Positions 20,243-30,092 of a DNA stretch of 64,000 nt are shown here, piece by piece (within the stretch, counting starts at the first letter, position 1; every line of letters starts with the position of its first letter). The stretch is taken from IMG/VR virus record IMGVR_UViG_3300017971_004694, one strand, 5' to 3'. The translations under genes were made by a program, and so were the position numbers. Below the pieces are notes generated by a model. The model saw only the letters and a list, made by a program, of their open reading frames with translations. It ran no database searches and was not told the DNA's origin. The DNA is from a virus.

Positions 20243-21127
20243 TTATATGATTCTTCTCTGTCTAAGGTGTCGCAGCCTCATAAAGTTTGGATTATTAGCC
20301 AGAACTCTGAAACTTCCGAACCCGATTGGTTGTGGCTTAATACTCCACTTGATATGCTTCAATTGCTCAACGTGCTTACTAACGAAAGTACTGAGTTGGT
20401 TGTTCAGCGTAGTAGACAGCGGTGGTGGCTGCATTGTAATTCCGTTGTCTGTAATTGTGAATTCCCTGCCAGCTTCAATAAGCATTTGTGCAGCAGCCGC
20501 CAATATGTATGCGCCTTCCACAATCACATAAGCATAGCGATCATAAATCACAGGCATCGCGAATGTAAAATCTGTAAAGTGAGGCGTCTGGTTAAACTCA
20601 CTTAAACTTGCCCTTAAAAACCAAACCAACTCATCGTTAGTAAATATTGGACAATCAACCAATTCAATATTTCCATATGCATCGAGCGCCTCTTTTTTGA
20701 CATCATTTTTAAGTCTAGCCTTTAGCATAGCTAAAAGAATATTGATTCCGATAATTTCATCTTGTGAGTAACTAACACGAGCAGGATCACCTATCTGATC
20801 TCCAGATACCTCAATATCAGCACCTTGGCTTAAAACAATGAAGTTCAAATCTTCTTTGGTTTCAAAACCATTAACAACCACTCTCCAGCGATCAATCCAA
20901 ATTCCAGTCTCTGCCGAAGATGGCACTTTATAGTTGAACCTAAATCTACCCACCTCGGTGCGAACCACATCGGTAGATGAAAGCCCTCTTCTCAAAAAGT
21001 CACGATTATCTATAATAGCGACTTCTGGTGGAGAGTCAGGATCTACTTGTGCTCCTCTAGCATCTAGAACATCAACCTCTAGAACTATGGTATGTCCAAT
21101 AATTACTTGTCTGTTGGTAGTTGCCAT
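20243..21127 (-). CDS. Putative head-tail adaptor (neck) protein with N-terminal Ig-like domain
   Basis: 294 aa; beta-rich N-half and helical C-half (FTNDELVWFLRASLSEFN.TP); next to the Zn-motif neck gene. Confidence 0.5.
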   Translation of the reverse strand: MATTNRQVIIGHTIVLEVDVLDARGAQVDPDSPPEVAIIDNRDFLRRGLSSTDVVRTEVGRFRFNYKVPSSAETGIWIDRWRVVVNGFETKEDLNFIVLSQGADIEVSGDQIGDPARVSYSQDEIIGINILLAMLKARLKNDVKKEALDAYGNIELVDCPIFTNDELVWFLRASLSEFNQTPHFTDFTFAMPVIYDRYAYVIVEGAYILAAAAQMLIEAGREFTITDNGITMQPPPLSTTLNNQLSTFVSKHVEQLKHIKWSIKPQPIGFGSFRVLANNPNFMRLRHLRQRRII

Positions 21128-21130
21128 CTA

Positions 21131-21463
21131 TTAGCAGTCCTCCTCATCCGTAGCTACTCGTATTCTTGGAAAGCCAAACGGTTTTTGTATTATAAAAGGC
21201 TCTATCTCTTCAATAGTATCTCCACCAACTTCCGCCTGGATTATGGCCGTGTAATTACCTATTGTTGAAAATTCTGTCGTTTCAAATATATATGTGCCGT
21301 CTTTGAGCCTTATCATTGGCCTGGGAAAACCTGCCGCATTGGCTTTGCTCGGCAAAACTATTCTCTGTATACGCGCATTTGATACGGGTATGGGTTTTCC
21401 ATTAAGCAAAACCTCCAGCGGTATGCGGACTTTTTCTCCTGGTTGATACGGGCCAATTCCCAT
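21131..21463 (-). CDS. Small Ig-like virion protein
   Basis: 110 aa, beta-strand pattern like the N-domain of 20243..21127. Confidence 0.5.
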   Translation of the reverse strand: MGIGPYQPGEKVRIPLEVLLNGKPIPVSNARIQRIVLPSKANAAGFPRPMIRLKDGTYIFETTEFSTIGNYTAIIQAEVGGDTIEEIEPFIIQKPFGFPRIRVATDEEDC

Positions 21464-21475
21464 TTATTTTTTACC

Positions 21476-21763
21476 TCATATTGGTGGTAATACTCTTCTA
21501 TATCTTATATATAGTGGACAATCTACCTCTGGAGGAAACGGATCGTCGTTTACAAGAGTAAATTCTTGCGAGCCAGTTTCTGTAAAATCATTATTTTTCG
21601 TGTAGGTTATGCCCACATACACAACTTCTAATGTTCCTGGGATATACTCAAAGGAAGTGGTAAATATTAGTTTATAGCCATCAGCTTGATCGGTTATATC
21701 TTCTAAAATATGCTGATGATCATACAGCCCAGTTCCTCCAGTAATTAGATTGATAGTGGCCAT
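21476..21763 (-). CDS. Small beta-sandwich virion/fibre-associated protein
   Basis: FTTSFEYIPGTLEVVYVG...NDFTETGSQEFTL module; contains DGY. Confidence 0.5.
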   Translation of the reverse strand: MATINLITGGTGLYDHQHILEDITDQADGYKLIFTTSFEYIPGTLEVVYVGITYTKNNDFTETGSQEFTLVNDDPFPPEVDCPLYIRYRRVLPPI

Positions 21764-21785
21764 TTACACATTAACCCTCGCTTTT

Positions 21786-22127
21786 TCACATAGAATCTAA
21801 CCATTTCTTTTTATTCTTTTCATCACTTTTGTCTTGTGATTCTATCTCACCAGAAACTTCTGTGTTTTCATTTGAAGCTACCACTTCGTCGTTTACAACT
21901 TCCTCCTTTTCATCTTCTATCGGATTTTCTGCCAGTTGCTTCAAAGCCGCTGCTCTATTCACGATTGCTTTAAGCATATGTTCGGCACACTCCACAAAGC
22001 CCGTCCATCTTGCTCTTTGATCCATTGCTTGATCTCTAATGGGTTCTAAATTCATCTGCAAATCTTCCAAAACACTAGCAACTCCTTTCATAATTTCTGG
22101 GGACATACTCTTCAACTTTTCTTCCAT
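21786..22127 (-). CDS. Hypothetical coiled-coil protein (possible fibre chaperone)
   Basis: 113 aa, AGGAG RBS. Confidence 0.55.
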   Translation of the reverse strand: MEEKLKSMSPEIMKGVASVLEDLQMNLEPIRDQAMDQRARWTGFVECAEHMLKAIVNRAAALKQLAENPIEDEKEEVVNDEVVASNENTEVSGEIESQDKSDEKNKKKWLDSM

Positions 22128-22151
22128 CTTTTTTTCTCCTTTACCTTGATT

Positions 22152-22183
22152 AAAAAAGGGCGGCGGTTCTACCGCCGCCCTTT
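22152..22183 (-). terminator. Rho-independent terminator
   Basis: AAAGGGCGGCGGT-TCT-ACCGCCGCCCTTT stem with a T6 tail on the minus strand. Confidence 0.8.
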
Positions 22184-22205
22184 GTGAGCCTTAAAAGCTA
22201 TTCAG

Positions 22206-23762
22206 TTATGTCATATCGACAATCTGCACAATTGCATTCTTATTTAGGTTTCCGCCAAAAATCAGGTTGTTCAAACTTCCTGTCTGTCTGGCCACGTCAT
22301 TTACCACAGCCGCCTTATTTGCACGAGACACTGCATCATTGTATAGAAGCTGGCCATTTCTATAGACAAAAATGCCATCTCTGAACTGTGCATCTGTGTA
22401 GCCACCAACAGTAGTTTGATCGCCTTGATCAACAGCACGAGAACTATCCAATGTGTCAATTGCCGCTTCGGCGGCTGTAATCTCATACACACCACGAGGT
22501 GGATCCAAGGTGACATTAACCAGAGCATTATCGATGCCCTTTAAATGTCCTTCTAGGCTATTGTTACTTCCAATAGGTGTGTAGTTGGTTGGAGTAAACA
22601 GGCAGAAATATCCATCAAGCCACCTGTGAGTGTCGTCACCAAGCTGGTGCGTGCAATCTTCTGGATTAAGATCGCTGTAGATGGTTGAATTCACAATCAA
22701 ATGATCATCGGAGCTGTCGCCAATTGTAGCATATCCATCTACGTACAAATCATTTTGAACAACAACATCACCAGTTGCAAAAATGTGCTCACTTTCAGTG
22801 GAGTATATAAGATCTCCAGTTCCATCTGCATGTAATTCTGCCTGATAGGCAGTTCCACCATCGCCAGTGTTAAAAATTAAGTATGCATCAAGGTCTGTTG
22901 TGTCTCCAAGACCGCCAAGGTGAACAGCCGTGTCTTCAAGAGATCCATCAGAATACAACCTAAAACGGAATCTGTCTCCATTAGTATCATCAGTAATGGT
23001 GCATAGGTAACCATCTACAAGTCTGGTGCCACTTCCACCAGACATTATAAGGCAAGGATCCTCATCAACACCAGCAGTTGCATCCTGATTTACATGCCAA
23101 GTAATATTATCTGTTCCCTCAAGATCAGCATTTCCTGCAACTATATTCTCAAGAACTTCTTGTACATCGTCACCTACTACTCCAGTGATCGGTGACACAC
23201 CAATTTTGCCTGCGCCAGAATTACCTGCTGCTGTAGATGACAAATCTCCATATGAGTCCCCAGCACCAATGTAGGCAATTGCCCTATCGGGAACTGCATC
23301 GGAGTTTGCATCAAATGACGTGGACAAACCCCAATATCCATCAAATAACCATCCAATTCTGTTATACCCATCAGCATCTCTAGCCGTTATTCCAGTCCAA
23401 TCAGAAAGAGCTTCTGTACCATCATTATTGATTGTAAAGATTGGATCTGTAAGAATCGTTTCTTGAGTATTTATGTATGTGGTGGTTCCATTTACCGTGA
23501 AGTCTCCTTGGACAACGGCATTTGAAAGCATTTCGACATCACCTGTGAAAGTAACGTCACCTGATCCTATCTGATTAATTTCGCCATTATCAGCATGGAG
23601 TTCTAATGTAGTGGCACCACCATCCCCGTTTGTCAACACGAGTCCAGTCACGTAGCCATCATTAATGTCTCCACCCGAATATCCATCTATTGTTACCTGC
23701 GCAAAACTCCAACTATCGTTGGAATCCAATTGATCTGCGCGTAATACTGAACGGTGAGCCAT
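22206..23762 (-). CDS. Fibre-like virion protein (Asp/Gly/Thr-rich, 7 DGY motifs)
   Basis: 518 aa; VQGDFTVNGTTTYINT..T...DPIFTIN fibre-type segment; own terminator suggests abundant expression. Confidence 0.6.
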   Translation of the reverse strand: MAHRSVLRADQLDSNDSWSFAQVTIDGYSGGDINDGYVTGLVLTNGDGGATTLELHADNGEINQIGSGDVTFTGDVEMLSNAVVQGDFTVNGTTTYINTQETILTDPIFTINNDGTEALSDWTGITARDADGYNRIGWLFDGYWGLSTSFDANSDAVPDRAIAYIGAGDSYGDLSSTAAGNSGAGKIGVSPITGVVGDDVQEVLENIVAGNADLEGTDNITWHVNQDATAGVDEDPCLIMSGGSGTRLVDGYLCTITDDTNGDRFRFRLYSDGSLEDTAVHLGGLGDTTDLDAYLIFNTGDGGTAYQAELHADGTGDLIYSTESEHIFATGDVVVQNDLYVDGYATIGDSSDDHLIVNSTIYSDLNPEDCTHQLGDDTHRWLDGYFCLFTPTNYTPIGSNNSLEGHLKGIDNALVNVTLDPPRGVYEITAAEAAIDTLDSSRAVDQGDQTTVGGYTDAQFRDGIFVYRNGQLLYNDAVSRANKAAVVNDVARQTGSLNNLIFGGNLNKNAIVQIVDMT

Positions 23763-23802
23763 GGTTATTAAAACCTCCTAATATTTTTTTCTTGCTCACT
23801 TT

Positions 23803-24057
23803 CTAATTATTGAAAATTATTTTCTTCAACGAGCGAATTTCATCGTCATAACGTCTCATATCGCTGTTAATAAACTCTATAGCCAAGCCAGCCGCCCGTT
23901 TTTCTGGATCCTTAAAAACAAAGGAAAACTTTTTGTCACGACTGCATTTCAGCAAAACAAGACCCCTGAGTTTGAGATAAGCGGCTAGAGCTATATCACT
24001 TGTCTCGTATATTAATGATCCCTTATTCATAGCAGTGTCTTTTTTCTCGTCGCTCAT
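23803..24057 (-). CDS. Small hypothetical protein (DUF5659-like)
   Basis: YETSDIALAAYL pattern recalled from that family; ATGA overlap with the upstream gene. Confidence 0.45.
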   Translation of the reverse strand: MSDEKKDTAMNKGSLIYETSDIALAAYLKLRGLVLLKCSRDKKFSFVFKDPEKRAAGLAIEFINSDMRRYDDEIRSLKKIIFNN

Positions 24058-24482
24058 AATACCATCACCTGTATGGTTTCTCCATTTCTCAAAGGAAAAT
24101 CAAAAACTATTTTGTCATTTGAACTGCCCGGCCATACTTCCACAGGATCTTTATCATCTGTTGGCGGGCCATCTCCATTGAACAAAAGTTGGCCGTTTTT
24201 ATATATTGCAACCCTCTCGACAAATAGTAACACATCATAAGATAGGCCGCCAGGTATAATGAAATCAGTATGAGCCGGAACAGTTCCAACTATTTTAATT
24301 CTACCTATTGGAGTAGCGCTAGCTAAAAGGCGATCACACAGACCGGGCTCAAGCTTCGCACAGGTGACATTCCCATCTTTAATTTTCTCTGTAATAACAG
24401 AGTCTTTGGCCAGATCATCTGATGTTATTGTTTCATCTTTGATCTGTTTACCTTTTACCAAGGTTCTCTTGCCACACGTCAT
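24054..24482 (-). CDS. Fibre-associated small protein
   Basis: IKDETITSDDLAKDSVITEKIKDGNVT repeat; C-terminal IYKNGQLLFNG module like the C-terminus of 22206..23762. Confidence 0.55.
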   Translation of the reverse strand: MTCGKRTLVKGKQIKDETITSDDLAKDSVITEKIKDGNVTCAKLEPGLCDRLLASATPIGRIKIVGTVPAHTDFIIPGGLSYDVLLFVERVAIYKNGQLLFNGDGPPTDDKDPVEVWPGSSNDKIVFDFPLRNGETIQVMVL

Positions 24483-24557
24483 TTTTTGTTTACTCTAACC
24501 CTCTTTAACTGGAAACATTAACGGCCTGTAAGCAGGCGATCTTCATCATAATATATT

Positions 24558-24570
24558 GTTATTGATAGTT
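24558..24570 (-). promoter_or_regulatory. Late-promoter-like motif AACTATCAATAAC
   Basis: Consensus match about 75 nt upstream of 24482. Confidence 0.5.
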
Positions 24571-24680
24571 TTTAATGCAATTATCAAAATGATAGTGCAT
24601 AGGTATGCTATCAATACCCATATAACATAAGTAACAGCTTAAAATTCCTAATGATCTTTATATGTTTCTTTCATTGTATA

Positions 24681-25865
24681 TTAATATGGAACTGCTAAAA
24701 ATCTAAGTGGCATGTTGCTTCCACCTGTTGGCATCCATTGCATCCAAAAAGTGAATGAACTTCCTGGGTTATACTTACCGGCCACTGCGCCATTTGTGTT
24801 GTCGCCAGTTGATCCAGCATTTGGTGGAACTAGAAATTTTCCGCCTGGGGTAATTCCGCTTACTGGCCATGCAGCACCGCCCCACTGGCCACCTCTTGGG
24901 TTAAACAAAAATCCTAATTTCTGCCCGTCAGAAGCGGAAGTGTTCAAATGCATCCTGTATAATATGCCATAATTACCAACTAATATCTGCGGAGAACCAT
25001 CAGTTGCATCTACACCGACCGCATATGGATCATTCGCCGTATTATATGCAAGGGAAAATTGAACAATGCCATCTGCGGTGTCAATAGCGTATCCTGCCGC
25101 ACTATCATAAACTTTATCTGCGTATGGAAAAGTTCCACGCTGGTGAACATCACGCGGAAGAATGCTTAACCTTGGGCATGTTTTTAGAGCCTTGTCCCTT
25201 TGATCAATAGCACAAATAGTGACTTTGTGGCTCTGATCAAAAGTGTAATCATAAATGCCGTGCATCAGGTAGTTCTCAGCCGCTGGCGTTTCGATATCTG
25301 TTATTAGCCTAACTGTGTCTCCAGCGGGCACGTTCACCGGAGCCGAGGCTGTTGAAGTAAGCCAGCGATGGAACCCGACCTTACCAGCATATAAATAATT
25401 AGTTGTAGGACCAGCAGTCCCTTTCTTTTGTAAGGTAAGCGTGCCACTAGTTGAACTTGTGTTTTTAAGCAAAATGGCAAACTTCATTTTCTTTTTTTGG
25501 CCGTTTACATGGTATACGAACACTCTATTACTTTCACTACCAGTTGCAGAAAAGCCGTCGTCTTCATACAGCTTTCCCTTACTTGTTGGTTTTTCTGGAC
25601 TGTCACTGAAGATAAGTTTTCCTCCACTCCATGTGTGAGACATTGGAACTTCTGGACATACCAAAGGATTCACACCTGATAGTGGTATTACATCTGCTTG
25701 TGAGGCGCCATCCAAATCGGCTGCGAGCTGGGCTGGTGTCAGACAGGTAGTGGTTCCACTAAACTGAGATTCTTGATAACTTTTCTCGCCCCCGCATGAC
25801 GTAAAAGAGGGAACAAACAACATCAAGGCCAATAGTAATGCTAGACCCATACGTATACATTTCAT
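24681..25865 (-). CDS. Predicted lipoprotein with a beta-rich secreted domain
   Basis: Start MKCIRMG after GGGGAGG; hydrophobic stretch and lipobox-like FTS-C; LIFSDSPE...LYED...RVFVYHVN pattern recalled from bacterial secreted proteins. Confidence 0.55.
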   Translation of the reverse strand: MKCIRMGLALLLALMLFVPSFTSCGGEKSYQESQFSGTTTCLTPAQLAADLDGASQADVIPLSGVNPLVCPEVPMSHTWSGGKLIFSDSPEKPTSKGKLYEDDGFSATGSESNRVFVYHVNGQKKKMKFAILLKNTSSTSGTLTLQKKGTAGPTTNYLYAGKVGFHRWLTSTASAPVNVPAGDTVRLITDIETPAAENYLMHGIYDYTFDQSHKVTICAIDQRDKALKTCPRLSILPRDVHQRGTFPYADKVYDSAAGYAIDTADGIVQFSLAYNTANDPYAVGVDATDGSPQILVGNYGILYRMHLNTSASDGQKLGFLFNPRGGQWGGAAWPVSGITPGGKFLVPPNAGSTGDNTNGAVAGKYNPGSSFTFWMQWMPTGGSNMPLRFLAVPY

Positions 25866-25888
25866 TCTCAATCCTCCCCGGATATAGT

Positions 25889-26602
25889 TTATTGCTCCCA
25901 AATTATTAGTTCGCCACGAGTAATTGTCGAAGACGTTTGGTTTGGAACAATAGTAGTTCTAATATATGCTTTCTCAGAAAAAGGCACTCCAATTAGTTTT
26001 TTCTCAAACTGAATAAGACCTGGCGGGGTACTTATGCCCAGCAAATTAACCAAATCCCAGTGTTCATCAACAGTATTTGAGCCATAAGTTGATCTTCCCA
26101 TCAACTTGGCTTTAACCTCATCGCTAACAGTGAGGCTCCATGCCCAAACCCAGCCGCTTTTCCCAGCAGGAACATAATGGTGACATAAGAAAGCATCATA
26201 AGTTCCTACACCTATTCCACAGAACTCTGTGCCTCCACCATCATTTTCTGTCAGTATTTTGATCGCTCCCGCAGCGGCCGATCCTTGAATGACCTGAAAC
26301 TTCTCAATGAACCTGATGTCCGTTGCAACAGTGTTAACATCTTTTGATCCGTCGAGAGTAACGTCCTCAGTTTTCAATTCGTAAGCACTATTTAGGTATG
26401 TAATTCTGACTGCCCCAGCTCCACTGCCGGATGGCTTGTCTTGATTTGAAGTCGATTCAATAGATCGTTGTGCCTCACTGCTTTGTTCCACGTATGCTCT
26501 GGCAGATAGTAGAACTTCAGATGTAGAAGTAGTAGTTTTGTTTCCAAGTCTTCTTATAATATGTGGATTTTGAAAAACAGCGTCGATTTCGTATACTGGC
26601 AT
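25889..26602 (-). CDS. Virion-associated beta-sandwich hypothetical protein
   Basis: 237 aa, beta-rich, within the fibre cluster. Confidence 0.55.
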   Translation of the reverse strand: MPVYEIDAVFQNPHIIRRLGNKTTTSTSEVLLSARAYVEQSSEAQRSIESTSNQDKPSGSGAGAVRITYLNSAYELKTEDVTLDGSKDVNTVATDIRFIEKFQVIQGSAAAGAIKILTENDGGGTEFCGIGVGTYDAFLCHHYVPAGKSGWVWAWSLTVSDEVKAKLMGRSTYGSNTVDEHWDLVNLLGISTPPGLIQFEKKLIGVPFSEKAYIRTTIVPNQTSSTITRGELIIWEQ

Positions 26603-26605
26603 AAA

Positions 26606-27946
26606 TCACTCCTTCAAGCCATAAACGGTGGCAGTGAGATAATCTAAATTACGTGCAGGCAAGGTCAGATTGTCTTGAATAATTACTTCCACTTTGTCGG
26701 CAGTTCCAGCTTTCAATATCATGCGACCACCAAAGCTGATAACTCCAACGATGTTGTCAGTTATTCCTCCCTGAGCAATATCTGTATCCAATAGTCGCCT
26801 GAAATCTTCGTTTCTTTGAAATAGTCCAATGTTAATAGACACGCCATTGTTTACAGTCGCCTGTACTAAGATGCCATTTGCCAAGTCAGTACCGGCGCCC
26901 CACGAAGATCCATCCAGGTCCACGCTCAGCGCCGACATACAAAGTACAAAGTTCGTCAGAACAATATCATTAGTTGGGTCTGCGTCAAATGAAAAAGTAA
27001 CTGGTGTTACACTGCCGTTTACCAACATATCTTCAGAGCCGCCATTTTTAACAAAATCAATAATAGATGCAGTTGAAACTAGGACTGCTTTAGTGTCTAC
27101 CATTAATCTATATGATGATCCGTCGGCAACGGCATTGATGCGCTGTGCGTATCCATCACCATCAATGGCAGTTGTCAATAAGCTTCTGGTATTGGCCGGC
27201 ACAGGTTCATTTTCGGCCACAGCAAGCTCGACCCCATTCACGCCATCGATCAAATAGACCGCCTGTGTACCAGCATAACCATCTGGAATTATTGATTCTA
27301 CTTGTAAACGGTGTACGCCATAATCATCAAAAACATCAACGACATTGGTGCCATCTGTAATTTTAACCTGCCCAACGATGTTGTCGCCAGCAGGCAATGC
27401 ATCAGCGATCTTCTTGATACCATCGGTGTCTTTGATGGATGTAAGGGTCGTCTCCGTTGCAAAGTCTTTCGCCTCTAAACTATCAAGTTTGTTATAAGCG
27501 TCTAATAAAGTTGCCTCGGTAGCAAAATCTTTAGTTTCCAAACTTGCTAGAGTGGTTTCTGTAGCAAAGTCTTTGGCCTCTAAACTATCAAGTTTGTTAT
27601 AAGCATCAACAAGGGTAGCTTCTGTGGCCAAGGTTTGTTGTGTTGTTTCCGTAGCAAAGTCTTTCGACTCAAGGTCGTCTAGCTTATCATAAGCATCGGA
27701 CAGTGTTGTTTCTGTAGCCAAAGTTTGTTGTGTTGTTTCTGTAGCAAAATCTTTAGCTTCTAAACTTGGCGCAGACATACGAAGATAGCCATCACTATCA
27801 GCTTGTAGAAAAAATGCATTTCCTGCCGAATCTTTTATCATGATTGGCAGGCCAGGACTAGTTGCAGTTATATTGTAGCCATCTAAAGTGGCAATAGCAT
27901 TGCCATAAGCATCAAATAAGATGGCAGCAGGTGAGTCGCCAGCCAT
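26606..27946 (-). CDS. Fibre protein with coiled-coil KDFATE repeats
   Basis: 446 aa; five KDFATE(T/A)T-led repeats; 4 DGY; TAATG overlap with the upstream gene. Confidence 0.6.
   Translation of the reverse strand: MAGDSPAAILFDAYGNAIATLDGYNITATSPGLPIMIKDSAGNAFFLQADSDGYLRMSAPSLEAKDFATETTQQTLATETTLSDAYDKLDDLESKDFATETTQQTLATEATLVDAYNKLDSLEAKDFATETTLASLETKDFATEATLLDAYNKLDSLEAKDFATETTLTSIKDTDGIKKIADALPAGDNIVGQVKITDGTNVVDVFDDYGVHRLQVESIIPDGYAGTQAVYLIDGVNGVELAVAENEPVPANTRSLLTTAIDGDGYAQRINAVADGSSYRLMVDTKAVLVSTASIIDFVKNGGSEDMLVNGSVTPVTFSFDADPTNDIVLTNFVLCMSALSVDLDGSSWGAGTDLANGILVQATVNNGVSINIGLFQRNEDFRRLLDTDIAQGGITDNIVGVISFGGRMILKAGTADKVEVIIQDNLTLPARNLDYLTATVYGLKE
27430..27770 (-). repeat. Intragenic imperfect tandem repeats encoding KDFATETT(QQTLATExT)LxDAYxKLDxLE
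   Basis: Five units of variable length (about 14-30 aa), visible in both DNA and protein. Confidence 0.85.
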
Positions 27947-28830
27947 TATGAAATACTCCTAGTTCTATTAATTTCAAATATGCCAGAATATGTAATTGTA
28001 TCTGTCACAGTTTCTAGCACAATAATTCCATCAGAATCAAACATTTTCCATTCTATGGTAGATGGTGTTTTATTGGCATTTCTAGTGATATTCTTTTCAA
28101 CAATTTTTTTGCCATTAGGATCATACCACACAGTTTGAACGGGAAATGGATCCGCTTCTGGATATATTTTTTTGTATCCATCTGTTTCAAATCCACCAGC
28201 GGGGCCATCATCAATAAAGTGTATCAGATGTCTTAATTTTTTATGTTCTTCGTCTTCGATAAAATATCCATCTAGCTCGCCAAAATATGCATCAATGCCA
28301 GCCAGATGTGCCGTAAGTTCCTGATCACTATCAACTTCGGGTGGGCTTGTGTCCGGACTATAAAACGTTGGATCAAAATCAATGTTGAGCTTATCACCGT
28401 CGATTTCATCGGATCCACTGTGTATGTGTGTAAAGGCGTGAGCGTCAGGTAATCCTCCGCCGCCGCCAGCAAGCGTTGTGTTTTTCCACACAGCGAAGCC
28501 GGCAGTCTTATCAATTAATACAAACTCATAACCATCAGTAGTATCAATCCAGCGCCAGCCAACTTCGTAACCATCATTTTCATCTTCATAAGATGTTGGT
28601 GCATTTGGCGATATAACATAAAATGAATCTGTGCCGTCTGCCAAATGAGATAGTATGTGTTCATGAACATTGGTTCGAACATCAAATAACTCATATCCGT
28701 CCTTGGCATAAAAGTGTCCGCCGCTATACCTAATCTCGCCGGGGGTTCCAGGCGCACCATACCCATCATTTATTAGAAGTAATCCTTCCTCTATGCTAAC
28801 GCCTGAAAAATCATCGGGAGTTCTGGGCAC
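27946..28830 (-). CDS. Fibre-associated protein (6 DGY motifs, His-rich knot HAFTHIHSGSDEI)
   Basis: 294 aa, GGAGG RBS. Confidence 0.55.
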   Translation of the reverse strand: MPRTPDDFSGVSIEEGLLLINDGYGAPGTPGEIRYSGGHFYAKDGYELFDVRTNVHEHILSHLADGTDSFYVISPNAPTSYEDENDGYEVGWRWIDTTDGYEFVLIDKTAGFAVWKNTTLAGGGGGLPDAHAFTHIHSGSDEIDGDKLNIDFDPTFYSPDTSPPEVDSDQELTAHLAGIDAYFGELDGYFIEDEEHKKLRHLIHFIDDGPAGGFETDGYKKIYPEADPFPVQTVWYDPNGKKIVEKNITRNANKTPSTIEWKMFDSDGIIVLETVTDTITYSGIFEINRTRSIS

Positions 28831-28873
28831 AGCTTAAATCCTCCGTTAATGTGATAATAGAATTGCGGCTATA

Positions 28874-29149
28874 TTATTCTGGGCCCTCTCTTCTTTTGAA
28901 AGAAAAACCAACAGAATCAAAAAACCATTCTTGATCGGCAGGAAGACTTTTGCCCTCAGCAAGCGCCTTAATGTAGGATATATAATCAGCGTTAGCTTTT
29001 CCAAGAGCCTCCAGGGCTTTTCTTTCTGCGACCAAATAGTTTTGACGCAGCATGCCCAGAGATGCTTTTTCTGCTTCTACACTCTGCTGATATATTTTTG
29101 TGGTTTCAACCTCTTCAGTTGTAAGATGAATTACATTGTTTTCTGTCAT
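28874..29149 (-). CDS. Small coiled-coil protein (possible fibre assembly chaperone)
   Basis: 91 aa; translationally coupled to the upstream gene (TAATG). Confidence 0.55.
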   Translation of the reverse strand: MTENNVIHLTTEEVETTKIYQQSVEAEKASLGMLRQNYLVAERKALEALGKANADYISYIKALAEGKSLPADQEWFFDSVGFSFKRREGPE

Positions 29150-29589
29150 TATTTCTCCTCGTCTTTTTCGTCTTTCTTGGCAACAATAGGAGCCTCTCCT
29201 ACATCAAAAAGGCCTCCCTCCTCCTCCAACTGCTTAAGCAACTCGTCATCTTCACTAATCGTAAGTTCTCTAATTTCATCAGTAACATCGCCAACTTCTA
29301 TAGTTATTGATGACTTAATCCTCTGCGGAAATATAACCGTGGAAGGATCGGCTAAGCTCTTTTTAAGAGAAGGGGGCACTACTATCTTATCAACTTCAAC
29401 AAGGAATCCCTTGCGCAGATATTTAGAAATGGAGCCGCTTTTAATCGACTCCATTAAATCTTTATGTCTTAGATTAGACTTATGAGACATCAGATCTCTA
29501 GACACGCCTGCTGGTATTTTATACCGCAAGTCGCCAAGATTGATGTCTCTTTTTGTCGTATTTCTTAGAACATAATTGTTTTTATTCAT
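29149..29589 (-). CDS. Hypothetical protein
   Basis: 146 aa, acidic C-terminus. Confidence 0.6.
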   Translation of the reverse strand: MNKNNYVLRNTTKRDINLGDLRYKIPAGVSRDLMSHKSNLRHKDLMESIKSGSISKYLRKGFLVEVDKIVVPPSLKKSLADPSTVIFPQRIKSSITIEVGDVTDEIRELTISEDDELLKQLEEEGGLFDVGEAPIVAKKDEKDEEK

Positions 29590-29597
29590 ACGACCTT

Positions 29598-29849
29598 TTA
29601 TTCAGCCACCTCTGGGGTTTCAAGCACCACTACCTGTTCAGCCTGGGGACCTTTGTTATTGGCTCCAACAACAAAGGACACTTGCTGTCCAGCTATGAGT
29701 GTTTTAAACTTGTTTGGCTCTCCGTTAATGTTAGACCAATGCACAAAATAGTCTTTTCCGCCGTCTTCTGGAGCTATATATCCATAGCCACGACTGTTAT
29801 TAAACCATACTACTGTTCCATACCTAACTTCTCTTACTTCTTCATTCAT
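29598..29849 (-). CDS. csp: Cold-shock domain protein (CspA family)
   Basis: GTVVWFNNSRGYGYI (RNP1) and DYFVHWSNI (RNP2), KTL..GQQVSF. Confidence 0.9.
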   Translation of the reverse strand: MNEEVREVRYGTVVWFNNSRGYGYIAPEDGGKDYFVHWSNINGEPNKFKTLIAGQQVSFVVGANNKGPQAEQVVVLETPEVAE

Positions 29850-29882
29850 AATCTCTCTCCTCTTTGTATTAGTTACTACTAC

Positions 29883-30092
29883 TTATGATTCTATCGTATT
29901 ATTCTTAATGATGAAGTTCCCATTTCCCGGCACAAATATTACTTCACCTTTTTTCACAATCTTACCTTTCTTAATATACCAGCCGGAAATTATACAATCT
30001 TTGTTTTTCGGCACTGTGCCTCTTATGTCTATTATTCTATATTCGCCATCGCCACATTCTATTACTGGCCGTTGGGAATTAACCACCTTCAT
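29883..30092 (-). CDS. Small hypothetical protein
   Basis: 69 aa, GAGGAG RBS. Confidence 0.5.
   Translation of the reverse strand: MKVVNSQRPVIECGDGEYRIIDIRGTVPKNKDCIISGWYIKKGKIVKKGEVIFVPGNGNFIIKNNTIES

Noticed and set aside
24608-24617. Plus-strand copy of the promoter core (CTATCAATA)
   Set aside because: No plus-strand gene follows and the flanks deviate from the consensus; could be chance in AT-rich DNA.
28849-28862. Possible ninth late-promoter copy upstream of 28830 (and a similar weak one near 52770)
   Set aside because: Two or three mismatches in the core, and poor spacing for the 52770 copy.
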